Source of the DNA: the human T2T-CHM13v2.0 reference genome, Homo sapiens
DNA length: 64,000 nt
Direction: 5' to 3' (one strand)
NCBI RefSeq assembly: GCF_009914755.1
Contig: NC_060925.1
Part shown: piece after piece, positions 27,549 to 40,640 of the stretch
How positions within the stretch are numbered: position 1 is the first letter of the stretch
Layout of the letters: each line of letters opens with the position of its first letter
Position numbers and translations under genes: made by a program
Notes under the pieces: generated by a model
Database searches by the model: none
Seen by the model: only the letters and a program-made list of their open reading frames with translations
Told to the model about the DNA's origin: nothing

Positions 27549-30500
27549 CACAACTTCAGCAGGGTTCCCCTGAGGTCAGCTCCATCCCCCAGCCTTCTAG
27601 ACCGGACTGAACTTAGACGATTTTGGCACAGACACTGGGAACCGTGCATCGTTCATGTTATCCTCTTTGCATTGGCTTTGTTCAAAAGCTAACAGCCAAA
27701 TATGTGGTGGTCTTCCTGTGACCGTGTAGGTCTGCAGAGCCTATAATTTGTATACTAATTACACTTTTGGTTTCGACTTACCTTCCCCAACCTCTTACTC
27801 TGATTACTTCACTTACACTTTATTTGTATCTTTGTGTGTGTGCATGGTTTTTTCCAAAGCTGAAATTCCTTCTGGACTAAAGCAGGATATAAATAGATAT
27901 GTATATAGTCCCAAAGAGATGAGAACACTGTCCCATTGTTTAGAGGAGGTGAAACCTCAGTTTTTCTCAGTATCCCATTCCTAGCTAAATCCAAAGTCTC
28001 CTAAAGCACAACTTACAAAAAGAGCTATTTTCCTCCTAGTTCTTCAGCTCAACTTCATGCAATGAAGTTACTCTAAATAAAGGAATGCATACGTGCACCC
28101 ATATTTTCTTCACAAGACTTAGGAGCAAGACTCAAAAAAGTGAGGACAGATGCGCGCCTTACTTTATCCAGTCAATGTGCTGCTGAAAAACTGGGTAAAA
28201 TGAGTTGTTTAAATAGAATCAAAATGTCAGTTTACTAGAGATGCTCACTACTTACAGAAACACCACGGCAAATCCATGAAGTAATTATGGGGTGAAAGAA
28301 GTAATCACCCTAAAACTTATCTGCCTTGTAATCCCAGATTTACAGGCTGAGGCAATGTTAAAGTATGCTTATTAGAAAACCCTCAAGTTCTACTGTGTAT
28401 AAACATGCAATCCTCTTCGTTTGTTTCATCACCTATAAACGTAACTCAAGTTAATAACCAGCCAGAAAATTCAAATTAATATTAAATACTGAAACACTGT
28501 TATCACCAAATTCACACCAGAAATTATTAGCACTTCAAATGTGAGAATGTTCTCAAAGCCCTGTTAATTCCTTCCTTCTACCCCTACTTGACAGACATTC
28601 CTTGACAACCTCCTAAGTAAAACATTCCTTCTCTACATGTCAATAGATTCCACCTAAGAAAGGCAAAGTCCTTGCTGTCAAGGAACTTATAGCCACGTAG
28701 AGTTCACTCTTTTTGTTATATCTGTTACTAACATGAGACTTTTTTCTTCTTTAATCCAAATTTTCATCTCATTTTTTTCTCCTTTACATCTGTTTTTGTT
28801 GTAAACTGCCACTCAGGAGATAACTTTCATTAATTTGCCTTATAAAATTTCTACCAAAACCAACTAAAAGGACAAGAGAACATAGAAGAAGGACAGTACA
28901 TGCAGAGTTTTAAAAACCTTAAGGAAGATTAAAAGCTCGTCACCACATAAATGTCTAAAGTTATTACTAGGCCCTACCAATTTGAACTTTGGGATGAAAA
29001 CTCCTTATGAATTCATTACAGATTTGAATTTTTAAGGCAATTCAGTTCAACTCATCTCAAGTACGAACACAGTCATTCAAACCGGGCTAATAAAAGGCAG
29101 CTTAGTGGACATCCTAAAAGGTTGAATTTTCATGAATTAACAGATTGGCAACGAGCTTCTCAACAATTTGGATGTAAACAAGACATTTAGAAAGCTGCTG
29201 AAAACTGTTTCTTCATGTAGGTTAAGAATTAGTCTTCCAATATTTTTTACATTACAATTCTTATTTTTCAAATTTTTTTTTACAAACAGTGAAAAGGTAG
29301 TGTGTCTAAAATTCTCTGCACTGCTAAATAAGTACAGATTGAAACTATCTTATAAATGAATTTGACAATGACCCGTGACCTAGAGGCAAAAGCAGACAGT
29401 GCTGTTTAAGCTGCTCAGTAAAATTTGAGCTAAACTCGAAATGTAGAAGCAAATACTTTCTAGAACACCTGATAGATCAATGTTTTAAAATCCTTGCTAA
29501 TTGCTTAAGTTTTCATTCTTTTGTAATCTGCTCCTTGTGTGTACTTAACCTACTCACAGGTATTTATGTTAATTCATTAGATCCCTCAGGGTGGGCCGGG
29601 CAGACTATTATCTGAAAGCACTGGTGCATAGCTTCCTGGGTCAGGGACAAATAAATCTTTTCATATAATTGCATGTCGTTTTATGTGTTGCTGTCTTCCC
29701 ACTGGGAAAAATGTTAAAATATTTAAGGCTTACTATCTGGTGTGATTGTGATTTTATAATTAAAGTCTGGGACAGGAGGAGAGAGTGGCAGAATTCAGTA
29801 CTTTATCTCAGCAGGAACAGTCTTTCTTTGAAGCGGTAAACTTTTAGATAGTCAATAAAAGTAAAAATTCCGGTGAATAAGAGCTGGTAGAGTCCTTTTG
29901 AAGTCATGTACCACCATTTGATGACAATCTAGTTTAATAAAGATAGAGCTAAAAGAATAAGAAGGACTGTATATGTCACAAAGATCGTGATTCTCTTCAG
30001 TGATAAAATCAAGTAAATATTGTCATCAAGCTAAAATATACCCAATTCTAATACAGCAACTGTTTACCTATTTCCAAATTTGTCTACATACCAGACAGCC
30101 AGTGGGGGAGAATGGTTTTATTTTGTTCTTAATTAGAACAGTATTTGGAGCTGGAACTATCTAATGGGCAAGTAAGCCAAGCATTCTCTCATCCACTCAC
30201 TCCCTTCAGCATTCTTCTCTTACCCCTATCTTCTGGACCAAAAAATAAAAAATCTAGTCAGGAAGTGGGGAGTGGGAGTTGGGGGACAAGGTATGAGTTG
30301 GGGAGAGCATCTGGGTTTTATCACCAGGTGTGTCAGGATTTGCAGTTTCTTGAAAATCTAAATCTTCAGGTTGCTGTGCAGACTTGTGCCTCCTGGTACA
30401 AATAATAGCTGCGCCCACACACACTAATGCCCCCCCACAGCCCACAGCCTTGGGGCGCTCCAAGGAGAGTGAGTTCAATACCAGCAGTAAGGGCGACTCG

Positions 30501-33500
30501 CTCCTGGACGTGAATCTAGCATGCAAGATCATTTTCATTAAACACGTAACTGCACAGCGACGATTTACATCTCCTCTTATTTCCTTTGAATGAGAAGCAG
30601 ACGCATAACAGCAATCTGGAATAGAAAGTGGAGCTTTTACAGGCTGTTGTATGTGCACCAAGGCCGGGAGAGGCTGACGTCCGTCAGCATCATGTGGCAG
30701 GAAAACCGCAAATAGTTCGAAAGGCCACACTCTCCAGCACCGACTGAGTAGCTGCTGCAGGAAGGGGGACAAATGGTCCTCAGCAAGACCCTCTTCAGAA
30801 GGAACAAGAGACCGTGTGGAGGGCCCATGAGAATGAATTTGTGGTTTGCAACTGGTTTGTCATGTCTCAAAATAAGTAAATCCAGTATGTGTGACTGTTT
30901 AGAAAAGCAGTTAAGGGCGGTTGAGTCTTTCTTGGTTAATTAAGTGATTTTCATCTGGAGGTATGTTTGGAGGAAGGAGCCTCCTGGAAAGTAGGATCAG
31001 AAAGAAGTGTTTAGTGTGAAAAAATCAGTTCCAGATGATTTTGTGTATATGCCTCGTGTTTAAATTCAGACTGTTAAGTCTAGACACTGGAAATCAAACT
31101 ACAGGTCAGCAAAAAAAAAAAAAAAAGAACACCCACGCAGCAAAAAGCTGTCATTTCACTGCCACCTCTGTTAAAAGGGTACAAATATGCTATGCTTGCT
31201 TCAAATCTATGTTTTATAATTCTCTTCTTTATAACAAAAAGTCTTCTGACAACACAATCAAAAACGAATAGTCAGAAGTAATGATGATCTAAACCTAAAT
31301 GGTTAAAGTCTTTGCTGATGGATGCAGAGCTCAGGAGGGAGGCTATGACTGGGAGGGGGCAGAAAGGCTGAGGGAAGAACAAGAACATAGAGACGGAGCG
31401 CAGGGTGCCTGCAACCTGCTACCAGTCAAACCCCTACCACAGTTTCCTCATCTCGACAAAAAGCATAATCAGGTACATGAGTTTACTGTTCATAATAATG
31501 AACTACAGAAGCATTTGTTATTGTTACACTAATAAAAACCACAATAAAAAATACTACTCTTATTAGTAACAAATCAAAGAACCTCCTTAATATGAAGTCA
31601 GTGTGAATGGTTCTTGGAGGGGAGCCAGTTCCGCAGGCATAACAGCCATCCTTTTGCAAAGCCATCAATCCAGAATTACCAGTCATACCTCCAACTTATG
31701 CCTTACCTTACCCCTTATGTCTTACCTTATGCTTCTGCTGAAAAAGCGAATGAAAAGCTGGTCTCCCTTTTCAAAAATGAAACCATCAAAAACCAACATG
31801 GGAAGGAGAAGAATCACTGACTAGGATATGTCTGTGCAGAAAACAAGGTGGCTCTCATCTGAAAATATAACATGACAAAGGCGACCAACTACATAGAACA
31901 TCATTTAGATTCTCTCCAATTTTGAGATGCTGTAGCTGGAGCACAGAGATAACCGCCCCCAGTCACACAGCCTGTCTGCTTCTGGACTCTGTATTCTTAG
32001 TCATGACCTTGTAGCTGCCTTATCATGTTCTACCATAAAAATGAAAATTGTGAAACAGAAAATCTAAATCAAAATGTTTTAATTTGTAATAAAAGAAAAC
32101 AAACTGAGAATCTGCAAAAGTTGTGAAAATTTTCTTCTGTGTGAGGAAAGCTTCGTGCCAGATATCTTAAACTCAACATAAATATCCAACACATTTCACA
32201 TAAAACAGAACAATACTGCCATGGTAATGACGCTCCTCAGTTAGACAAAAATCTCAAGAGCAGGCCTGTCTGCTGATGTTCATCACTAACCTACAGTGTA
32301 TGTGCATTTGTTTTTGCCAATAAACTATGCTGTTGCCAGAGATTAAACATAAGTTCCTAAATGCATGTATGATTGTTTGTAATTACTTAATATTAATAAG
32401 CCGAACTGATAAACACAATCCCAAATCAAGAAAGAAAGCCAACATAAAACAGAAAGATGGCATTGCTAAATCCCGGAAGACATCACCTCGAGCTTTTCAT
32501 CATGCCACTTTGAAGTTCACCCCCATCCAAACCCTTTGTGGCTTCCTCTGAAGAATCCTGAGGCAGAGGCAGCAGCAGGCTCACTCCTCCAGCTGCCTGC
32601 GAAGGCTGAATTCCATTTATTCCATTTGGGGTTGGTGGTGGGCAGGACGAATGAGACTGTTGTCATTCTTCCCAGGAATGCTTAGATGGACAGTGAGCTA
32701 TTGGACTGCCCCAGATACCATCATCTCCCCCACATCCCTCCTACGTGGAGCCTTAGTTTGGGGGGAAGTGAATCTCAATTGCCCCCTTCCCTCTCCCCGT
32801 CAATGAGGCAGGCTTGTGGAGGTGCTGGCCACTTCTTAGGCCTAAATCTGTGTTCAGAGAGTGGATCCATGCTTTGAGAGATGGTTGCCCTGCCCGTCCT
32901 AGACTATCTTGAAGGGTGAGAGGCACAGGAACTTAGAGAGTCAAAGACTACCAAGAGACACACCGAAAACTAGTGAGGTGGGAACTGGCAATTTCTAAAC
33001 CTACGGCAACAGCAGTCTCTGGTCCTTCTTTTCATTTCCCGGGACCTCCATCCTGAGGGCTGAACTGATAACATTCATCTTACTTTTATGGATGATGAGG
33101 AAAATGCCACAAGTGAGTTTAATTCTCAAAGGAGAAAGAGAAAGTGGTATCTAATATCGATTAGGTCCAAATATACTCTCTTGGTGTTTTAGCCAGAAAT
33201 ACATCTGGGCATTTCTGCAGCAATCTGTAAGAGACTTTATACACGTATCCATCTCAAAATAATGCGCTTTTAGTTATTAGCTTTTATTCATTTCCATTTT
33301 GTCTTTTTAAAGTGACATCCAAAATGATGAAAAGCTTCAGGGTACTACAACACCATAAGATAATCTTCCTGTATTCACTTCCCCAAAGTACCCAGAGATG
33401 GGCCCCAAGAGGAGTCCTCCTCACGAAGAGGTGAAGCACCGACCTGAGGATCTGTCAGAACCCTGATCAAAAAGCAACAGAACAAAGTGAACGGCGAGAT

Positions 33501-34553
33501 AAAGTGGAGAGGGAGCCATTGTGTTTACGTTCACCTAAGCAAAGTCCTAATTAGTGCCCAGTCCGACTGGAGGATGGTTTTAATGGCATGCACCTTTTAT
33601 CGCCTGCAAATGCTTAAGGGTCAGCAGAACAAGCCACTGCCTTGTTAGATAATGAAACACAGATAAAAATTTATGTGTAATTGGTATGTTTTAAACTGGT
33701 ATTTAAAAGCTATTTATCTCTTAGTGGGGACAAATATTCTTTTAAGTCATTAATTGGCAACCATAAATTTTAATTCTATTCTAGGCATAATTATTACAGA
33801 TTTCAAGTAAGTAGGCTCCAAAACAATGAGGCTTTACTGGTTCGATCAGAAATACTTGTTGAAGGGTTTCCTAAGAAGATTACAATAGGATAAATTAATT
33901 CTATCAGCAGAAGCACTGGAGTATAGAATGTCAAATACAGTAAATCCATATGTAATAAACATAGATATCTAAGATGTGTAAGTAAGTAAAAATAAGGATG
34001 TTGCAGATATATATACAATATGGTGCTGCTTATCAAAACAACACAAAACAATTTTTTGTGTGTGTCTGTAAAAAAAAATTGTGGGAGTGGGGATGTGTAA
34101 TGCTGAAGGTGAGGTGCCAAAATGCCAGCAGTGGCTACTTCTAGGAAGGAGGGTAGGACGGTGGGAGAAAACAGGGATTAAGGACAATGATGAAGGGGAA
34201 TTTTGCCTTTGTTATAAAATGTTTTAAATTATTTAAAATAAAGTTATTGCATTTATACATTATTTGTGCAATTAAAATATTTCAAAATTTCAGACTTATT
34301 TATCCCCACTATAATCACAAGTAGTGATTACTGAGTATGGGAAGAGCCTAGTACCTAGGGGTGGTGCCATTATAATCCCAAAGGACACAATCCTGAATGC
34401 CATCATCCCTGAAAATATTGGTATACAGGCCTTTAAAAACAAAAAAGGCCTGAGAGTAAAAATTAGCCTGAAGTCGAAATCTCTGAAATCGAAAATCCTG
34501 AAAATCATAATCCCCAAACACTGAAACCCCAAATGCTGCAATCCTGAAAGCCA

Positions 34554-35638
34554 AGTTCTGGGGAGGGATTCGAGTGCTTTCCGCTGTGCTCACTGTCGCT
34601 GCATCCTGTAGTTCTGGGGAGGGATTCGTGTGCTTTCCACTGTGCTCACTGTGGATGCTTCCTGTTAGTTCTGGGGAGGGATTCGTGTGCTTTCCACTGT
34701 GCTCACTGTGGATGCTTCCTGTTAGTTCTGGGGAGGGATTCGTGTGCTTTCCGCTGTGCTCACTGTCGCTGCATCCTGTAGTTCTGGGGAGGGATTCGTG
34801 TGCTTTCCACTGTGCTCACTGTGGATGCTTCCTGTTAGTTCTGGGGAGGGATTCGTGTGCTTTCCACTGTGCTCACTGTGGATGCTTCCTGTTAGTTCTG
34901 GGGAGGGATTCGTGTGCTTTCCGCTGTGCTCACTGTGGATGCTTCCTGTTAGTTCTGGGGAGGGATTCGTGTGCTTTCCACTGTGCTCACTGTGGATGCT
35001 TCCTGTTAGTTCTGGGGAGGGATTCGTGTGCTTTCCACTGTGCTCACTGTGGATGCTTCCTGTTAGTTCTGGGGAGGGATTCGTGTGCTTTCCACTGTGC
35101 TCACTGTGGATGCTTCCTGTTAGTTCTGGGGAGGGATTCGTGTGCTTTCCGCTGTGCTCACTGTCGCTGCATCCTGTAGTTCTGGGGAGGGATTCGTGTG
35201 CTTTCCACTGTGCTCACTGTGGATGCTTCCTGTTAGTTCTGGGGAGGGATTCGTGTGCTTTCCACTGTGCTCACTGTGGATGCTTCCTGTTAGTTCTGGG
35301 GAGGGATTCGTGTGCTTTCCACTGTGCTCACTGTGGATGCATCGTGTAGTTCTGGGGAGGGATTCGTGTGCTTTCCGCTGTGCTCACTGTCTTTGCATCC
35401 TGTTAGTTCTGGGGAGGGATTCGTGTGCTTTCCACTGTGCTCACTGTGGATGCTTCCTGTTAGTTCTGGGGAGGGATTCGTGTGCTTTCCACTGTGCTCA
35501 CTGTCGCTGCATCGTGTTAGTTCTGGGGAGGGATTCGTGTGCCTTCCACTGTGCTCACTGTGGCTGCATCCTGTTAGTTCTGGGGAGGGATTCGTGTGCT
35601 TTCCGCTGTGCTCAGTGTGGATGAATCGTGTTAGTTCT
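34554..35638. repeat. 56/57-bp minisatellite (VNTR), 19 copies plus 6 bp
   Basis: Main unit AGTTCTGGGGAGGGATTCGTGTGCTTTCCACTGTGCTCACTGTGGATGCTTCCTGTT; units counted by hand. Confidence 0.98.
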
Positions 35639-35998
35639 ATCATGTTAGACAGGACTCTTATCTTGTGGTTGTCTTCATCTGGAAATTAGCTATGGTTTAA
35701 GATGTGTACAGGTGCCAGATTCACAAGGGGTAGACTTGTAGACTTAATTTTCGGTGTCAGCTTGACTGGATTAAAGAGTTATCTAGTAACTTGGTAAAGC
35801 ATTATTTCAGATATGTCTGTAAGGGTGTTTCCAGAGGAGATTAGTACATGACTCTGAATGGAGTAGGTGGAGATCTGCCTAAAATGTTGGCGGGCACCAT
35901 CCAATCAGCCTTGGGTCCAGAGGGAACAAACACAGATGGTAAACTGCTTTCTCTCTGAGAGATGAGACAGACTTTTCTTCTGCCTTGGACGTAAGAAA
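35639..35998 (+). mobile_element. HERV-L 3' end/PPT plus MLT2B-like LTR fragment captured in Ricksha
   Basis: ggtgccagattcacaaggggtagact followed by ttaattttcggtgtcagcttgactggattaa...gggtgtttccagaggagattag...gggcaccatccaatcagc. Confidence 0.8.
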
Positions 35999-36600
35999 CA
36001 TTATTCCAAGTACACGCATTATCACAATGCTGCTTTGTGTATAAGCATGGTGCATGTACATAAAAACACTGAAACTTCTTCCATAAATGAAGAACTGCCT
36101 TTTTTCTGTGTCTCCATTTGTGAAAGATAAAATTTCTTGAGACCTTGGCTCTTTGAGTGACTGTATTTGTGGCAGTGACCAGAGGTTTTTGATCCATCTC
36201 ATCAAAACATGTCTGTCAGGGTATTTTTGATGACTGCAGTTACAACGATGGATGCATACAATTTCCAACCATAGTAATAAGCGTTCACACATTTCACTTT
36301 CTGACCTATTTCTTTATAAATACAGTTTGTCTGTTCATAGCTATAATAGCTGAGTGACTCCCATTAGTATATCTGTGTGTTGATGCTTGCAAAGAGAACA
36401 TGTATGGTATTGTTGCCTATTTTACTGTGTAAAGTGGCCTATAATGTGTTCAGTCATGTATTTATATGTCTCTAAAGTCTTCTTTTAAAATTGTAACAAA
36501 TGTATTTTAAATATTTTTAAAACTTTATTCCACAATTATATTTTTGAAATTTTGGTCTCTCAGAATTGTGATTTGGGGATTTTAGAATTTAGGGATTTTA

Positions 36601-36903
<303 letters not shown>

Positions 36904-37139
36904 CTAGACTTTAGGGATTTTAATCTTTCAAAATTTCAACATTTGGAATTATGGCATTCAAGATAGTGTCTCTCAAGATTATGGTCCAAACCTCCATAGA
37001 GGTACTGGAAAGCACAACGCCAGATACTACAGAAGTTCCGTATGACTCCATTCTGGCGCAACCATATGCCCATGTGTCAGGCACAATTTCCTAAGAAGAA
37101 ATCAAGTGTAATAGATGGCAAATTGGTCTCGGCCTAGGT

Positions 37140-37346
37140 CAAGCTTGTCCAACCTGTGGCCCAGCATGGCTTTGAATGTGGCCAAACGCAAACTTGCAAA
37201 CTTTCTTAAAACATAAGTTTTTTTGTGTGATTTTTGTTCTTTTAGCTCATCAGCTATCATTCATGTTAGTGTATTTTATGTATGGCTCAAGACAATTTGT
37301 CTCCTTCCAGTGTGGCCCAGGGAAGCCAAAAGATTAGACACCCCTG
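37140..37346. mobile_element. MER30 (hAT-Charlie MITE)
   Basis: caagcttgtccaacc...gattagacacccctg; 8-bp TSD gcctaggt/gcccaggt. Confidence 0.9.
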
Positions 37347-37639
37347 GCCCAGGTCAGTAGCACCAGAAGGATATCTAGATAAGATCAAACTAAATTAATA
37401 AGCAGTCTGCAGCTCCAAAGCATTGACTTTGACCAGTACTTTTGAGAATCCTTAGGCTAATTCCTAGTAAAGCATGTTTTGCAAATAAAAAAAAATTATC
37501 TTCCTTTTTTATTGGTTTGCCAAAAAAAATTAAAAAAAAAAAACAAACTGTGAACATACACTAGAAGCAACAACCATAATAAAACTTCTGGTAATAATAA
37601 GGCAGCTCCTCCCATATATAACATACCAAATATAACAAC

Positions 37640-39110
37640 TATAAGCTCTGGATTCGACATTTAAAAAAACTAACTGAAGGTACTAGAGAGTGGCCAAAAG
37701 CAGACAGAAACTGGAAGGGAGTTAACACTTGAAAATAAATGAAAAACACTAGATGAGTTTCTTGTTTATAAAGCTTTTTAAATTGAAGCCAGAAATTTTC
37801 TGGCTGTGCCAGCTGGGGCAACTGCAAGTTGGATAGAAATCTGCAGCTTCTTAAAGAAACAAAAGGAAAGTGACAGGAAAAAAATCCCAGTGAGGGCCAG
37901 AGTCTAGTGCATAAAATGCCTGAATCTCTGGGTGACCCCTACTATCCACATGCATTGAGGAGAGGCCCAGCAGTCCGGAAAAGTCTAAAAGAACTGAAAA
38001 GTGATTTCAGTTGCTGCCCTTCACAGGGGTAACAAAGTTGGAGCACACATCTGCCAATATAATAGCATGCTAAAGCAATACACACACACACACACACACT
38101 TCAGAGGAATATAAGAGAATCCAGAAACCTATAACATATTAAAAATGTTCTGAATAAAACCCAAAATTACTAGACATATGAGGGAAGAGGACAGGGTGAC
38201 CCATTCTCAAGAAAAAAAAATTCAATCAATGAAAACCAACCCAAAATGGCCCAACTGCCTCAAAAACTAGGTAAGAATGTTTATAGTCAGCTTTCATTAC
38301 TATGCCCAAGAAAAGACAGGAAAATATGCTTGTAATGAACAAATAGGAAATATCAACAAAGAATCTTAAAAATGTGATATGAATAAAATGTGAAATGAAT
38401 GAAAAATAATCCAATAAAAATGGAAGAGGAAGAGAAAGACACAAATAAAAGAACCAGAGAGACGGCAGTGATAAGAACTCAGTCTTACATGGTAAGAACT
38501 CAGCATGATATTGTTGCCTGTGAAGACAAAAGGAATTTTCCATTTTCTTATGCCACTAAGTTTGTGGTACTTTCTTACAACAGCAATAAGAAACAGAAAT
38601 GTGCTGAAAGAGAAGGAGAAGAGAAGCTGCCAATCTAGAATCCTCTATCCAGCAAAAAATTGTCTGCAAGAATAAAGGCAAAATAAAGACATTTTCATAT
38701 AAAAGAAAACTAAAATAATTTATTACCAGCAGACCTGTACTACCGGAGGTGCTAAAGGAAGTCCTTCAGGCTGCAGGACAATGAGACTAGATGGAAGGCT
38801 GAAATTTCATGAAAGAATGAAGGGTGCTGGAAATGGTAAATACGTAGGGAAGTATAAAAGACTCTTTCTCTGAATTTCTTCAAAATATATATGGCTACTT
38901 AAAGAAGTAAAATGTTGTATTGAGGGAGCTTTAAAATATGCAAATATAATATATATGACATCTGTAAGACTGAGGAGTTCATATTTTACATGAAATGGGA
39001 CAATGTTAACTTTAGACTGTGAAAATTTAATTATCTGTTTTATAATCCTAGAGAAACCATTGAAAAAGAACACAGAGACATATAGCAAGAAAAAAAAAAA
39101 AAAAAGCTCA
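37640..39110 (+). mobile_element. Old L1M 5'/ORF1-region remnant with an MLT1 3' fragment (about 38480-38600)
   Basis: aatcctctatccagcaaaa...gaataaaggcaaaataaagacattttca; gccactaagtttgtggtactttcttacaacagcaata. Confidence 0.65.
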
Positions 39111-39914
39111 GCCAAAAGAACTTTGGCAAAAGAACCGAAAGATAATATACAATAAAAATTTTTTTCATGGAAAATAGTTTTGGAAATGCTACTATGAAAT
39201 CTCAGCAAATTCTATTTCTTGCCAATGTATTCATCTGCATAAGAAATGGTAAGGGATACATCTGTAGATTTAAACACGCACATAAACACATAAGTCCACT
39301 AAAATGGTCAGATTTTCTACTCCTCATTCAATTAAAAAAGAAACTATATAAAGAAAGCACCAAAAGACAAAATACCAAACCCGTCTCTACTTCAGTTCTC
39401 TGTTCCATTCACAATTCTCACCCAGGAAAGAGAAATTCAAAGAAAAGACAGAGCTGGAACTTCATTTCCTATATATAGTTAGCCAGCATTCTTCAGTGTT
39501 GTCTACACATTCACCCACATCCAAATGTACTGCCAACAGACCAACACAGAGAAGTGCTGAGTTAGGTTTCAGTGTGTTTCTAATATATCCCATTTTATTC
39601 AAGACAGAATAAAATTTTGTTTCAATGTGACTCCTCTGGGTTTAAAAAAAAATCCAAAATCTTAGACTTAACTATATAGTCAATCAACTAGTACATAAAC
39701 AAATGACTTCAGTACACTAATGCTGATAGCCAAAATAGTAAAAAATAAGTCTAAGGCATGTCACTTACTTGCTCTTTCTGGCTCATTTATTTTAACTGCT
39801 CCCACTAGCATTCTGTCTGGTTTTGTTTTTTTTTTCTAGATTAATTCAATTCTCTTCCCTTTGGATGAGATAGAAAACAGAACAAAAAAAATGAAAAAAA
39901 ATGCTTTGCTTCAC

Positions 39915-40640
39915 AATCAGTCAGTATTTATTGAATGTCTTTATTGTCACACAGTATTTATTGAAATACTATCATTTGCCAGGCATAGAAGAAGACGAGA
40001 TAAATAAGATGGCCCCTTATCGTCTAAGACTTAAGTAAAATACATAGGATATATATACATAATAGATATAAAACAAAGCTGACTGTTTCATGAAAGCAGA
40101 AAGGAGAGAGACAATCTTTTCAGTTGGAGAATCAGGAAAAGTTTGTCCTTGCAGGATGAGGTTTTCAGAGGTAAGCTGGGGGTGGGGAACCAGAAGCAGA
40201 AATAGGAGACCAGGGAAGTGTAGGACAATTCAGGGAAAGGTGACTGGCTCAGTATGGCTGGAGCATACAGGCTACACTGGTGGAAGCTGTGAGAGAAAAC
40301 ATGGCATGTCTAATTATGGTGGCTCTTGAAGCCAAGCTAAAGGTCTTGAGCCTCATTTGATAGGCAGTGAGGTTCACAGAAGATTTTTTTAAATTGTGGA
40401 GTGACATTTTTCATCATTTAACAATAAACAGCCTTTGGAAGTATTATGTGCCAAAAACATGCAAACAAGTAATAGTACATCAAGGAATCCCACAAAATCC
40501 AACCTCAGGCAGACTGCAGTTGAGTAGGGAGCTAACTATGTAAAGAGAACAACAAGTTAGAAAGCCTTAGTGAGGATTATGCTATTGTTCTGTCTAAGCC
40601 AAGATGGCAAGCCTGGGATTGCCTTACCAAATTCAAGCTC
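39915..40640 (-). mobile_element. L2 fragments
   Basis: cagtatttattgaat... and degenerate antisense L2 body. Confidence 0.55.

Noticed and set aside
30254-30772. 172-aa minus-strand ORF
   Set aside because: Non-ATG start, no recognisable domain and no convincing splice boundaries; more likely regulatory DNA.
33088-33118. Plus-strand ATG...MDDEENAT then gtgagt
   Set aside because: Opposite to the inferred gene strand, no promoter evidence; expected by chance in 64 kb.
34554-35638. CRISPR-like array
   Set aside because: Units are head-to-tail with no unique spacers, there are no cas genes, and the DNA is primate.
34574-35689. Long Cys-rich or His/Ser-rich repetitive ORFs (up to 201 aa)
   Set aside because: By-product of a 57-bp (19-codon) repeat; frames shift at the 56-bp units and there is no gene context.
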